Counted from the first letter of the stretch, positions 1 through 12,434 are shown. The stretch is 64,000 bases of DNA from Alphaproteobacteria bacterium (GCA_964291215.2 OZ219790.1:2048001-2112000), one strand, 5' to 3'. Program-made: numbers and translations. The notes: a model not told the origin generated them from the sequence alone.

Positions 1-212
1 GCGAAGCCCTCAACGGGCAGGACAACCTCGAAGCCCCGGTCATGAAGACACTGGTGAACCTTGCGGTGATAGCGGCCTGTCGCCCACCACACGGGTTACC
101 TCGAGGCTGCGAAGCCACGTGCCCAGTGCCCGCCAGCTCGTGGCGTCGTTCGTAAAACGACGCCCCAGATGTCCAGACTGGCCTTGCTGACCCCTGCTAC
201 TACCTTGACCAT
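1..212 (-). pseudogene. IS110-family (DEDD) recombinase N-terminus, eroded, runs off the window edge
   Basis: ATG at 212 after a GAGG RBS. Reads MVKVVAGVSKASLDI, matching the IS110 GxDVSKxxLD motif with a small deletion. Frameshifted downstream. Confidence 0.7.
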
Positions 213-214
213 CG

Positions 215-390
215 TTCCTCGCCTTATGATGATACGGTTCAAACCCAAGCATCCATTCAGGACGCAAGGGACGCCAAAGGAGGTTGCCACGCTCGGGAAC
301 GGCTCTATAAAGCCAAGGACGGAACGGCAACCTCCGCGGAGATCGTTTGATCCCCGCTCCCCTGTACGTTCTCACACAGGGGAGCGGAAT
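215..390 (-). ncRNA. Candidate IS110 bridge RNA in the left non-coding end
   Basis: Stem GGAGGTTGCC (279-288)/GGCAACCTCC (326-335) encloses an internal loop. A second loop-like segment ends just before the RBS, and a hairpin lies at 354-387. The arrangement resembles IS621-type bridge RNAs. Confidence 0.6.
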
Positions 391-494
391 CTCTTTGCAA
401 CCATAGCTCTCCCATAGTCGAGGTTATCCACATTTTCCCGCCCCCAACTGCTGTGGATGATTTCATCATCAAGGGGACAAAACCTAGTCATATA

Positions 495-1321
495 AGGACG
501 GAGCTGCGCGAGCCGCCCTCCGGGGCGGCCCTCCACCGGGTCGTCCGGTCGATCGACCCCGAGGCGCTCGAGGACATGCTCGGCCGCCGGCTCGCCCGGG
601 CGCTTGCCGCCGACGGCAAGCGCATCCGCGGCGCCAACCGCAACGGCCACCACGAGACCGTGGCCCTTGTCGACCACGCCTCCGGCGCACCCTTCGCGCT
701 GTTGAACTTCGACGACGGCGAGCCGGCGGCCACGCACGACCTCCTCAAGCGCACCGATGTCCGCGGCAAGGTGATCACCCTCGACGCGCTGCACACGACG
801 CGCAAGACGGCGACGCTGATCACCCGGCGCTGCGGCGCAGACCACATCTTCCCGGTCAAAGGGAATGCGCCCGCAACCTTCGACACCCTCGACGGCATCG
901 ACCGGGAGGCGAATGCCACCGGCCGCTTCAAGGAGGCAAGGCCCGCCTCGAGCAGCGCTCGATACGTGCCGATCGAGGACCTGATCAACTACCCCGGCGT
1001 CAGCCGGATCGCCCGCATCAAGCGCTACCGCAAGCCGCCGGAAAAGAGCGCCAGCGGCGCAGCGAGCGGCAACAACCACACCGGTACATCATCACCTCGC
1101 TCGATGCGCAACACGCGTCGCCAGAGGAACTGCTGCGGCTCGATCGCGGGCACCGGGCCGTGGAAAACATGAACCACCGAGACTGCGTCTTCGGCGAGGA
1201 CGCCTGCCTGACCCGCACCGGCCCCACAAACCGCGCCAGCCTCGACAACATCGCGCTCGCGGTGATCTTCGCCAACCGACGCGAGAGCCTCGCCGAAATC
1301 CCGCCGTTTTATGCAACCGAC
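495..1321 (+). pseudogene. ISAs1-family transposase, eroded, interrupted at its 3' end by IS66
   Basis: DGKRIRG, GKVITLDALHT, VKGN and a frameshifted AVEN...FGED motif. Confidence 0.8.
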
Positions 1322-2829
1322 GTATCTACTCACCCCTAGTTGGGTTCTGATTGGTCGTAGTGCTCGTTGATGATGTCTGCGGCTTTTCCGTCGAGGGCGA
1401 TCTGGGTGGCGACGAGTGGGTTGTAGCCGAGTGCGGCCATGGAGGTGAGGTAGCTTGAGCCCCGGCACCATGCTTTTGCGTGGAGCGGAAGCATCCGGAC
1501 ACCTTGACCTTTGCCATCCTGATCTTCTGTTCTCCGGCATTGTTGGTGAAGCTGACGTCGGGGTTGTCTATGAAGCGCAGGTTTTCGTGTTTCACGAGAC
1601 GTTCGTGCAGGTTGTGCGCGTCGGACTTGCGTCCACGTTTTCCTTTCGGCGGGATGTCGGGCAGTTCCCTGGCGCCCTGATGGTGCGGTAGCGCTCGCGC
1701 CCGGCGTCGTTCAGGGTTTTGGATGCGCTCTTGTTGACCTTGTGGCAGGGAGCAGGCTCTTCATCAGTCGCGCGGTAGCCTCGACGACAAAGATCAGTTC
1801 GCGCAGCAGGTGGCTGCCGCACAACTGGTGGCTACACTGGCCCATGTACGAGGCCCAGGACGCCCTTGTAGCACGGGCCGATCTCTTGCCTCCCGGCCGC
1901 GCTTGCGGTGCGGGAACTTGCACGTCAGCGTCCCACGACATGAAGCCACTTACTGTTGATCCGAAATCGTCGACATCGGGCGTTGCAGGAGGTGCGCCAC
2001 GGCGGCCTCCTCCCATGACGCATCGTGAAAGCATAGCTGAGGCAGGTTGCCTCGGAGAGCTTGATGCCGGAGATCGCCTGCACGAACGCGACGGCGCAGG
2101 GACAGCATTTGGGCGACCAGCAGGTTGATAACGAGGGCCTGGATGCCGATGCCGTACTGCACGGGATGTTGTCGGGGAACCGGCCCCGGGCCTTGCACTT
2201 CGGGCATTCCTTGATCTCGGCGCGGCGCTCGACGACCTCGAACACGATGTCGTGCGGCGCTCCCGATCGACGGGGCCGTCGATGTCGGCGCCGCAGGCGT
2301 CGCAGGCCGCGACCGTCTCCTCGACGATGATCTTGCGCAGGTTGTCGCCCATCTGCCGGTTCGGCTTCGGGCCCTTGCCGTTGCTCCCGGCACGCTCTTG
2401 TCCGTCTGTGACGGCGGCAGACCGGAGTTCCGGCTCGTGCGTGGTCTTCTCCAGAAGGACGACGATGAAGATGTCGAGCAGGATGACGAGGACGCGGATG
2501 ACGGCCTCTTCCGCCACCTTGCCGGCAGCGCCGCGGTCTTGGCCGCTTCGAACTCCTCGCGCGCCGCCCGTCGCCATCACCCGGCCTTGCGCTTCATCAG
2601 CGCGCCGCTTCCGAGATGCGTTTCCACATACAGATCATGCGGGGGCTGGAGCCCCGGAAGCAGCTGGCACAGCCCGCTCGTCGCCTTCGATCCAAAGTAG
2701 CCCACTGGCGGTCCCCGTCGTTCTCGATTACCACCACTAAACGAATCGGCCTGCAGTGTCAAATCTCCACGAAAACCCGTTCGTTGCTCTACCCCGACAT
2801 CAAGCCGGAACCAGGGGGTGAGCAGTTAC
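1322..2829 (-). mobile_element. IS66-family element (single-transposase type), copy 1, eroded
   Basis: TIRs GTATCTACTCACCCC/GTAACTGCTCACCCC. 8-bp TSD CAACCGAC (1314-1321, 2830-2837). Fragments QLCGSHLLREL and FTNNAGEQKIRMAKVK. Confidence 0.9.
2577..2705 (-). CDS. Short leader ORF inside IS66 resembling the N-terminus of a Dam/D12-class adenine methyltransferase
   Basis: GTG-GYFGSKATSGLCQ...PPHDLYVETHLGSGALMKRK. Its stop overlaps the transposase start (TGATG). Also present at 12164-12292 and about 53720-53851. Confidence 0.6.
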   Translation of the reverse strand: MGYFGSKATSGLCQLLPGLQPPHDLYVETHLGSGALMKRKAG

Positions 2830-3020
2830 CAACCGACAGCAGCCAAAGCCAGAAAACCCGGCAGGGTTGGGCCTGTGAAACCTCCGGGCAGCAGAAGACA
2901 AGAAAATTGAATGCAGCGTGGGAAAGGCTTGGCTGGCACGCAAGCGCCGGTTGTTGCAAGCAGACCTTAATGACAAGATGGCCCGGACGGTCGGAAAAAG
3001 GAAACGATGGGCTGCATTTC

Positions 3021-4157
3021 ATGGAGCAGAGGCCGGTCCGCGACAACCCGCTCTACAACCAGAACCGGATGAAGATCGGTATCATCGCCATGAACTGCAG
3101 CCACGGGTCGACGATCACCACCGCCGACAATTCGTGGGAGATGACTTGGCCGGACACCCGCGAGGTCTCGGTGATGGCGGATCGCGCGGGTTTCGAGATC
3201 CTTCTGCCGGTTGCCCGGTGGCGCGGCTATGGCGGCGAGACGAACTTCAACAACCGCACCTTCGAGACCTACAACTGGGCCGCAGGCGTGGCTGCTGTCA
3301 CCGACTATTCCTGCATCTTCTCGACCTCGCACGTCCCGCTCACGCACCCGGTCGCCGCAGCCAAGCAGTGCGCGACGATCGACCATATCTCCGGCGGGCG
3401 CTTTGCGCTCAACGTCGTCTGTGGATGGTTTAAGAACGAATTCGAGATGTTTAACGCCGAATGGCGCGAGCACGATGTCCGTTACGAATACGCGACCGAA
3501 TGGCTCGACCTGGTACGGCGGATATGGACCGAGGAGAACGAGTTCGATTTCGAGGGCCGCTGGTTTACCTCGCGGAATATCTGGAGCCAGCCCAAGCCGA
3601 TCCAGAAACCCATGCCCCCCGTGATGAATGCCGGCGGCTCGCAGGCCGGCCAGAAATTCGCCGCCACGCAGGCGGACATGAACTTCGTCATTCTCAAGCA
3701 GCGGGACATCGAAGGTGGCCGGACGCAGATCCGCAAGCTGAAGGACATGGCGCGCGAGGCCGGCCGCGAGGTCCAGAGCTGGATTCACGTCTATGTCGTC
3801 TGCCGTGAGACCGAGAAGGAAGCCCGCGACTACCTCAATCATTATGTCGTGGAGCGTGGCGACTATGTCGCCGTGAACAACCTGCTCAAGATCTTCGGCA
3901 TGCAGTCGGAGACCCTGCCACCGGATGTCCTCGATGAATTCCGCTTCCACTTCATTGCCGGGCATGGCGGCTACCCGCTGGTCGGCACGGCGGAACAGAT
4001 CGTCGACGAGATCGACACGCTGGTCAGGATCGGCGTCGATGGGATCCTGATTTCCTGGGTCGACTACAAAACCGAATGCCGCCAGTGGATCGACGAGGTC
4101 ATGCCGCTGATGGAACAAGCCGGCCAGCGTCGGCCATTCGAAGCGACGGGCGGCTGA
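3021..4157 (+). CDS. LLM-class (luciferase-like) flavin-dependent monooxygenase
   Basis: Intact ORF with PVARWRGYGG, ATIDHISGGRFALNVVCGW and MNAGGS motifs. Confidence 0.92.
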   Translation: MEQRPVRDNPLYNQNRMKIGIIAMNCSHGSTITTADNSWEMTWPDTREVSVMADRAGFEILLPVARWRGYGGETNFNNRTFETYNWAAGVAAVTDYSCIFSTSHVPLTHPVAAAKQCATIDHISGGRFALNVVCGWFKNEFEMFNAEWREHDVRYEYATEWLDLVRRIWTEENEFDFEGRWFTSRNIWSQPKPIQKPMPPVMNAGGSQAGQKFAATQADMNFVILKQRDIEGGRTQIRKLKDMAREAGREVQSWIHVYVVCRETEKEARDYLNHYVVERGDYVAVNNLLKIFGMQSETLPPDVLDEFRFHFIAGHGGYPLVGTAEQIVDEIDTLVRIGVDGILISWVDYKTECRQWIDEVMPLMEQAGQRRPFEATGG

Positions 4158-4332
4158 CGTCCGGAGACACCCGCCTCCACGGCCTGCGCGGTCCGGGCCG
4201 CGGACCGGAAGGTGTCGTCGCAACGGCGCCCCCGCCGGCGGGGCAGATCCGATGCGCCCTTCCACGGCACCTAATCGCCGCGCATTAGGCCAGACTGCGG
4301 AGGAAGACGAGATGACCCATTTCCCGAGCTAG

Positions 4333-5237
4333 TCACCTGAATCTAAAGTTCGTGGCATAAGTTTTGTTCGACGCGGAGACAGAAGCGCTTGACGGCGGCG
4401 AGGATTTCGTCGGCTGATTTGGTCCACTTGAAGGGTTTGGGATTTTCGTTGTGGGTTGAAGGCCCGGATGTCGGTTTCGAGTTGCAGGGTCGAGCGGCCA
4501 CGTTGCAACTGCTTGCGGGTCAGTTCGGCGAACCAGCGCTCGACCTGCACGAGGCGGATGTCGGCGTGAAGTGGACGTGCCAGTGCGGCCGCCGCGCCAG
4601 CCAGACCGCGGCGGTCTTGTGGGTGGCGTAGTTGTCCATGACGATGTCGAGGCCGTCCGGGACATTGCGGTCGATCACCTTGAGGAAGTCGAGGAACTCT
4701 TTGGCCCGGTGGCGTCTGTTGCCGATGACCGCGCCGGTGGCGATGTCGAGCGCCGCGAACAGCGAGGTCGTTCCGTTGCGCTTGTAGTCATGGGTGCGCC
4801 GCTCAGGGATGCCGGGCAGCAGGACCGGCTGGGTGCGGGCCTGGCTCTTTTCGTCGACGCAGAGCACCAGCGCGCGATCCGGCGGCGAGAGGTAGAGGCC
4901 GACGATGTCGCGGACCTTGTCGACGAAGTGCGGATCACGGGAGAGCTTGAACGTCTCGGCCCGGTGCAGGCCGAAGGCGCCCCAGATGCGCCAAATCGAC
5001 GTCAGCCCCGCCTCCTTCGCCATCGAGCGCAGCGACCAGTGGGTCGCGGGCGTCGAGGTGAGCGTGCGCTCGATCACTTCCGCCACCTTCTCGTCCGCGA
5101 TGCTCCGCGGGCGTCCCGGCTCAGCCCCTCGATGCGGTCCTTGACAAAGCGCCTGCGCCACTTGCCGACGGTGTGCACGCCGATCTCTGCGGCCACCGCC
5201 TTGTTGCCAAGTCCGTCCGCGCAACGCAGGATGGGCC
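4333..5237 (-). pseudogene. IS630-family transposase, eroded, 5' truncated by IS256
   Basis: [33 protein letters not shown] and MDNYATHK motifs. CTAG at the outer end (4329-4332). Confidence 0.85.
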
Positions 5238-5308
5238 GAGGTACTGTAACTTGATGTCTGGAAATTTGTCTGAGGTTTGCGCTTTGAGGCGTTTCACTGG
5301 GGGGCTAG

Positions 5309-8300
5309 CCCTGCCGTGTCATGACAAATCTGGTTGACAATGGTTTACGTGTTCACGCGTGTCTTTGTCCATCCCGGAACCCGATTTTGTGACCCGGTGC
5401 GGCGCTGGTGTGTCTGGCCACATGATCTGGTGACCCGGGCGTGCTGCGGTAGCCGCCGAGATGGGCGACCAGGTGCACCGCATCGGCGAGACGCTCCGGT
5501 TCCTTCAGGGCGTACTTGTGTGCGTAGTCGCGCGAGCTCGCTGTCGGTGAACATCAGCTGCGGCTCGCACCTGGCGGCAGGGTCATGATGCGCGATGACG
5601 GCGTTGATCGCCCGCTGCAGCCGGTGCGGAACAGAAGGTGTTCCACCCTGCATCCGGATTTGAGCACGTAATCCTCGATTCGCCAGCGCTGAAGGTAGAA
5701 GCCGACGATGTCGGCCGCCTCCTTCGCCAACCCGCACGGTGGTCAGCAGGCACCGGGATCCTCACCCTCGGGCGCTCCCTGACCCCGTGCAGGGACACCG
5801 GCTTCGCGCTGGGGGCGGTGCCCGTCACGGGTGACGGACCGCAACTCGCCAGGCGCTTCTGTCGCGCGGGCCTTCTTCCGGCTGGCTTGCTCCGTCAGTC
5901 CCTCGATCTCAATCAGGCCGCCGGCCATGACGGCGAACAGCCTTCCCTCCTTCAGCACCCTGTCATGCTTGGCGCGCAGATCGACGCGGGGCAAGCGCGT
6001 GTCGAACAGCTCGAAGATGTCGGCTTCCCGACGGAGATGACGCGCGTCTTGCCGCCGGGGTGGCAGCGCCTTGAACCCCTCGAGCTGCGGCGTGTCTCCT
6101 GCGACCGGGGCTTCACCGGACCCAGCACCCCGAGTGGCAGGTCAGTCACCGCCAGGGTCGCGTGCAGGCCCCGGTCTGGTTCTCACCTGCAGGCCGTCGC
6201 AGCCGGGACGCCGGGAGAAGTTCAGGTCCGTGCCGCAAGAACCGTCTTCTGGCCACGGATGCGCCGGATGCTGCCGGTGCGGCGCAAGAATGTTCGCCGG
6301 CGTGATCTCCGATTCGACGGGCGACCATCCGGTAAAACGCATTGATCGCGGTGTTGTCGGCGCTGGGAGACGCATTGATCTTCTGACCGGCCGCCAGAAG
6401 GCCGGCGCTCCAGGCGCGCAGAAAGTCGCTTGTCACCCCCCTCCAAACTCGTTCTGCGCCCAGTCGTTCAGACCTTCGCCCGGCGAGGGCGCATGATCGA
6501 CCTCCCCAGCTTCCTGCGCGCTCCAGTTCGGCCACGAAGACCGTCTTCACCGTCTCCCAGTGCTCCCGATCCTGCCGGCCTTCGGTCCTGCACAGGAAGT
6601 TGGCCGCGCGCAGGCAGGGTAACCTTCATCGGCAAAACTGAGCCATGGTCGAAACGGTCCTCGAAGTCACGCGGCGCAGGATGCGCACATCGCTGGGCGG
6701 GCAAAGCACCTGATCAAGAAACGGCTCAGACAGACGATCCGCTGCAGGTGGCCCCGGCGCTGCCCGTCGTTCCATCCAGCGGTCCCGCGCCGCGCTGCCG
6801 CGGCAAATCCCGCCGTGCCACCCGTGCGCCGAGCCCACGAGATATTGGCAGCCGGCGAAGGTCGTCGCGGGTGTTTACGCGCAATCAGCGTGACCGCCCG
6901 GTCAATACGATCCCCGACTACGATGATCTCGAGATCCCGAATGCGCGCGCCGGAACCTCTGCAGCGATACCAACAGGCGAGGCCGGCGGTTGATTGTCGG
7001 TGACTTCGGCGCCGGCAGGACGATCTCCGGGCGCCCAGCGCCCTCAGGCAGCCGGCAAGCTGCAGACGGCCGCGCGCGTCGACAAAGGCAAACTCCTCGC
7101 AGACGACCCAGAGCCGACCGGCTGTCGAACTGCTCACAGGACAGCAGCGACGCAATCCGCGCAACTGCTGCCTCGTCCCGCAATGTGCGGCTGATCTGTG
7201 ACATGGGACACTTATGCCACCCCCACTTCCAGTCTGAAGTGCAACACCCGGCCCTCATCGCAGTGAGGGCGTAGCCCGAACGGAGATGAGGGCCGGGTTG
7301 CGCAAATTTTTCCCCTCTGCCCCTCTCGATTCCGCCTGGGAACAGCTTCAGTTCCTTCAACATCGAGCTTATGCAACGCCTTTGTCGGCTTCAAGCCACT
7401 ATTTCGCCGTCGCGCGGCATGGACCCTGCTGCACGTTGCGGCTTTGGAACATGGCGCAGATAGTCAGGGCGGTTTCACTTCAAGATTACCTCCGTCGGCG
7501 ATCCCAGGACTTTCCGAGTGTTGAGCCGATCCTGTACCTTCTGAACATCTTCGTTGCATGTCGCGCGAAAGTCCGTGCCCTTCGGGAAGTACTCCCGCAC
7601 CAGGCCGTTGGTGTGCTCATTCAAGCCGCGCTCCCGGGAATGGAAAGGCGAAAAAAAATCTGCGTCAAGTGCGACACGCCTGTGGTCTGCGAACTCCTTG
7701 CCGTTGTGATTGTGTGGACCAATAGCGCACCAGAGCCGAGCAGGCGGATCATGACCGAACCGACCGTGTCTGCAGTCTTTCTGTCCACCCGTCCCAGCAA
7801 GGTGTATTTCGTGGCACGAGCGACACGACAGCTCCACTGTGAGCTTTGCCGATGATGGCTCCCAGTCGCCGATCCGTTCCTTTGCCTCCGCAGGGCGCTC
7901 GGAAATGTCCACTCGGCCAGGACCCGGCCGGAATGGCATCCGCCCTTCCAGTTCGGCTTCTTGCCGCGCCGCCGAAGCTTCTTCCACAGGACGCCCCCGG
8001 CTCTCCGATCTTCGGCGATCATAGATCCGTTGCCGACCCACGGCCCTCCAGTCGAAAACGGCCGCTGATCTGCTCGGGGCCCTCCCGCAGCTTTTTCTGA
8101 GCCTCAACCCGAGGCGTCAACCGCCAGGAAACAGACGAGGCGGCCCTGCGTTTCTGCCATCCTTTGCGCCTGTTTGTGACGGTAACCCCGTCCCCCGGTG
8201 TTGCGCTTGATCTCCCGGAAAATTGTTGATCGGCCCAGCTGCCGAGCAATCGCACCTTGTGAAAGACCGCTTTTCTGCCTCAATCTGGCATCGCTCTTCG

Positions 8301-8494
8301 TAGGTGACGGTAGCCTTTGGACATGAACAAGCTCCCTCCATCTTGTACAGGAACTCTCGCCGCTGCTGGACAGCTCCGCAACATCATGCGTCTAAAAACA
8401 CATGGCCACAGCCCATCATGTGTTGCACTTCACTATGGAACGGGGGCACGCTGAAACACCGTTGTCCAGCTAAAATTTCCGTGACATGCGAGGG
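5309..8494 (-). mobile_element. IS4-family (Tn5-like) element with DUF4338-like N-terminal domain, copy A, eroded
   Basis: CTAG TSD (5305-5308, 8495-8498). TIRs CCCTGCCGTGTCA/CCCTCGCATGTCA. Fragments LSRFLIR, WAQNEFGG and GTDLNF. Confidence 0.8.
7221..8446 (-). mobile_element. IS30-family element, copy 1, eroded
   Basis: TIR CCCC-N-TTCCA...TGAAGTGCAACA. TSD CAC, confirmed by the empty site at about 18450. ERGLNEHTNGLVREYFPKG motif. Confidence 0.88.
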
Positions 8495-8569
8495 CTAGCC
8501 CCCCCCCCAGTGAAACGCGGCGCCATCGTGCTATCCCATGGAGTTGCAAAACCTTCATGGAGGAAGCGA

Positions 8570-9651
8570 ATGGACCTGCGACACACTACGACGATCGGGA
8601 CTGTTTTGGAACATCTGATCGCAAACGGAGCAACGGATCTGGGGCGGATCTTTGGTCAGCTCTTCGAGCTTGCGATGCAAATCGAGCGCGAGCAGCACTT
8701 GAAAGCGGGCCACCGGACGCCGGAGCGACAGGGCTATGCCAACGGCTACAAGCGGATCGACACCCCCACTGTTACCGTTCAGGTGCCAAAGACGGCCGGT
8801 CACGGGGACGACCCCCCAGTCGCTTGAACGCGGCCAGCGATCTTCTCGCGCCGTCATGCTGGCCGTAGCCGAGATGTACATCAAGGGTGTTTCCACGCGG
8901 CAAGCCGAAGATGTAATGCGCGAGTTCGGGAGCCTGTCCTCTTCTCAGGTCAGCCGGGCCACCAGGTTGCTCGATGAAGAACTCACCGCGCAACCGGCCC
9001 CTGATGAAATACTTGTCCTGGATGCGCGCTATGAAAAAGCCCGCCATGACGGCGTTGTGCGCGATGTCGCAGTACTCTCGGCCATCGGAATAGGGGCTGC
9101 AGGCACGTTCTGGGGCTCTCTGTGGCGCTCTCCGAGGCCGAGGTCCATTGGAGAGCCTTCCTGGAAAGCTTGCTAGCCCTGCATGGTACGACCTTCATCG
9201 TCTCGGATGACCATGCCGGGTTGAAAGCAGCACAACGCGCGGTGCTAGGCGCGGCGACATGGCAGCGCTGCCAATTCCACCTGGCGCAAAACGCCGTGCA
9301 CCGAACAACGACATCAGGAAACGTATTGGAAAACAGCTCGGAGCCATGCGTCCTCACTCCAAGCCGCCGAGGCTGAACTGGGCACCCTCGTGGCCAGCGA
9401 CAAGCATCCAGGCTTCCTGGCTGGAAAAGAATGCGGGGCTCGCTGTCTTCACCTTGCCCGATGCTCACCGCAAGCGCATGCGAACCTCGAACGGCATCGA
9501 GCGACCGATCCAGCAAAAACTCAAGCGGCGCACCTCCAAAGTCAGGGTCTTTCCGAACCTCGCCTCGTTGGAGCGCCTCTCAACCGCAGTCCTCATCGAC
9601 GAAAAATGGGAAACCGAAACCAAGATCAAATGGGAACAGCTCGATGACTGA
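8570..9651 (+). pseudogene. IS256 transposase, multiply frameshifted
   Basis: EMYIKGVSTR, LDARYEK, WQRCQFH and RTSNGIER motifs. Confidence 0.9.
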
Positions 9652-9691
9652 GAGCTTCACGACAATTTCCAGACATCAGGTTGCGTAATCC

Positions 9692-10871
9692 GCGGTCAGC
9701 GGGTGGCGTTGTGCCTTCAGGACGGGACGGACCTGAATTTCGCGACCCGTCTGCGATGGGCTCGGCATCATCGGCACGAACCAGACGACCGCGGAAACCC
9801 CGGGCCTTCACCTGCACGCCAGCTATGTCGTCAGCGGCGACGGCCTGCCGCTGGGGGTGGCGCGTCTCGCCTTCGACGCTCCTCCCCGCCCCCGGACGAA
9901 GACCGGGTCGTCCGAGGATGCCGAGAGATCCCGGCGCATGTCGCAGTGCTGGCTCGACGGTCTCGACGACATTGCGGACCTCGCGGCCCGGACGACCGGG
10001 GTGAAGTTCGTGTGCGTGATGGACCGGGAAGCGGACTTCTTCGAACTCTTTGACCGGCAGCATCGCCATCTGTCGATTCTGGTGCGGGCCCGACACGACC
10101 GAGTCCTGACCCGCGGGGGCCCGAAGCTGTTTGCCCGTCTGCGCGCGTCTGCCTGCCGCGGCACCATGCAGATCGACATTCCCCGCCTGACGGCCCGGCC
10201 GAAGTCCTCGGGGCGCACGAAGCGGCTCGGCCGCACCCCCCCCGGCGGAACGCGGTGCTCGCATTGCGCTGGCTGTCGACCACGCTGCCGGCGCCTGCCA
10301 ACTGCTCCGATGCCGCACCCGTGGCCGTGACTGCGCTGCATCTCCTCGAGACGGACCCGCCGACCGGGGAGTTACCGGTGGAATGCTTCCTGCTGACCGA
10401 CCTTCCGGTGGACCACGCGGCGCGGGAGGTCGTCGGCCGGTATGCGCTGCGCTGGCGGATGCTGGTTCCGGGTGCTGAAGTCCGATTGCCGGGCGGAACA
10501 CCTGGCGACGCACAAGGCCTGCCGGCTGGAACGGCAGATCACCATCCACGCCGTGATCGCCTGGCGTCTTTTCGGGCAGGACGTTCCGACGATCGAGCCC
10601 GACTGCCTGTTCTCGGACTTGGAACTCCGCTTCCTCTCCAACTATGCCCGCCGATACCGGCCGGACCCACACTCGGGGCGGCGATGACACTGGTGGCGAT
10701 CCTCGGCGGATATTTGGACCGCAAGCATGATCCGCTACCGGGCGACCAGACGATGTGGCTATCCGCGACTGGCCACCGCCACGCTGGCCTATGAATGCCT
10801 GCTCGAGGCTCTCGGCCTGGATCCGATGTCGGAAGGACATGATCATGCCCTGCGCGATTTATGACTAAAAG
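9692..10871 (+). pseudogene. IS4-family (Tn5-like) transposase, 3' part, eroded
   Basis: QDGTDLNF, VMDREADFFELF, YALRW and LGGYLDRKHDPLPG motifs. Confidence 0.8.
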
Positions 10872-12416
10872 GTATCTACTCACCCCTAGTTGGGTTCTGA
10901 TTGGTCGTAGTGCTCGTTGATGATGTCTGCGGCTTTTCCGTCGAGGGCGATCTGGGTGGCGACGTGATGATTGTAGCCGAGTGCGGCCATGGAGGTGAGG
11001 TAGCTTGAGCCCCGGCACCATGCTTTTGCGTGGAGCATGGTGCGGAAGCATCCGGACACCTTGACCTTTGCCATCCTGATCTTCTGTTCTCCGGCATTGT
11101 TGGTTAAGCTGACATCGGGGTCGTCTGTGAAGCGCAGGACTGACTTTTCGTGTTTCACGAGACGTTCGTGCAGGTTGTGCGCGTCGGACTTGCGTCCACG
11201 TTTTCCTTTCGTCGGGATGTCGGGCAGTTCCTTGGCGCCCTGATGGTGCGGTAGCGCTTGTGCACGGCCCGGCGTCGTTCAGGGTCTTGGATGCGCTCTT
11301 GTTGATCTTGTGGCAGACCTCGCGGAGCAGGCTCTTCATCAGTCGCGCGGTAGCCTCGACGACAAAGGTCAGTTCGCGCAGCAGGTGGCTACCGCACAGC
11401 TGGTGGCTACACTGGCCCATGTACGAGGCCCAGGACGCCCTTGTAGCACGGGCCGATCTCTTGCCCGCGCTTGCGGTGCGGGAACTTGCACGTCAGGGTC
11501 CCACGACATGGAGCCACTTACTGTTGATCCGAAATCGTCGACATCGGGCGTTGCAGGAGGTGCGCCACGGCGGCCTCCTCCCATGACGCATCGTGAAAGC
11601 ATAGCTGAGGCAGGTTGCCTCGGAGAGCTTGATGCCGGAGATCGCCTGCACGAACGCGACGGCACGGCGCAGGGACAGCATTTGGGCGACCAGTAGGTTG
11701 ATGACGAGGGCCTGAATGCCGATGCCGTACTGCACGGGATGTTGTCGGGGAACCGGCCCTTGGTCCGGGCCTTGCACTTCGGGCATTCCTCGGCGCGGCG
11801 CTCGACGACCTCGAACACGATGTCGTGCGGCGCTCCCGATCGACGGGGCCGTCGATGTCGGCGTCGCAGGCATCGACCGCGACCGTCTCCTCGACGATGA
11901 TCTTGCGCAGGTTGTTGCCCATCTGCCGGTTCGGCTTCGGGCCCTTGCCGTTGCTCCCGGCACGCTCTCGTCCTTGTCCGTCTGTGACGGCGGCAGACCG
12001 GAGTTCCGGCTCGTGCGTGGTCTTCTCCAGAAGGACGACGATGAGGATGTCGAGCAGGATGACGAAGACGCGGATCACGGCCTCTTCCGCCACCTTGCCG
12101 GCAGCGCCGCGGTCTTGGCCGCTTCGAACTCCTCGCGCAGCGACGTTGCGTTGACCGTCGCCATCACCCGGCCTTGCGCTTCATCAACGCGCCGCCTCCG
12201 AGATGCGTTTCCACATACAGATCATGCGGGGGCTGGAGCCCCGGAAGCAGCTGGCACAGCCCGCTCGTCGCCTTCGATCCAAAGTAGCCCACTGGCGGTC
12301 CCCGTCGTTCTCGATTACCACCACTAAACGAATCGGCCTGCAGTGTCAAATCTCCACGAAAACCCGTTCGTTACTCTACCCCGACATCAAGCCGGAACCA
12401 GGGGGTGAGCAGTTAC
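10872..12416 (-). mobile_element. IS66-family element, copy 2, eroded
   Basis: Same TIRs as copy 1. TSD ACTAAAAG (10864-10871, 12417-12424). Confidence 0.9.
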
Positions 12417-12434
12417 ACTAAAAGTTAGTGCTAG

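Larger units (their letters stand above)
5238..9691 (+). mobile_element. IS256-family element carrying a nested IS4 element and IS30 in its 5' hairpin
   Basis: Ends GGTACTGTAACTTGATGTCTGGAAATT and AATTTCCAGACATCAGGTTGCGTAATCC. Flanks do not match, so no TSD. Confidence 0.8.

Noticed and set aside
424-459. DnaA-box-like TTATCCACA and an inverted near-match TGTGGATGA
   Set aside because: Only two boxes, among IS ends, with no origin context
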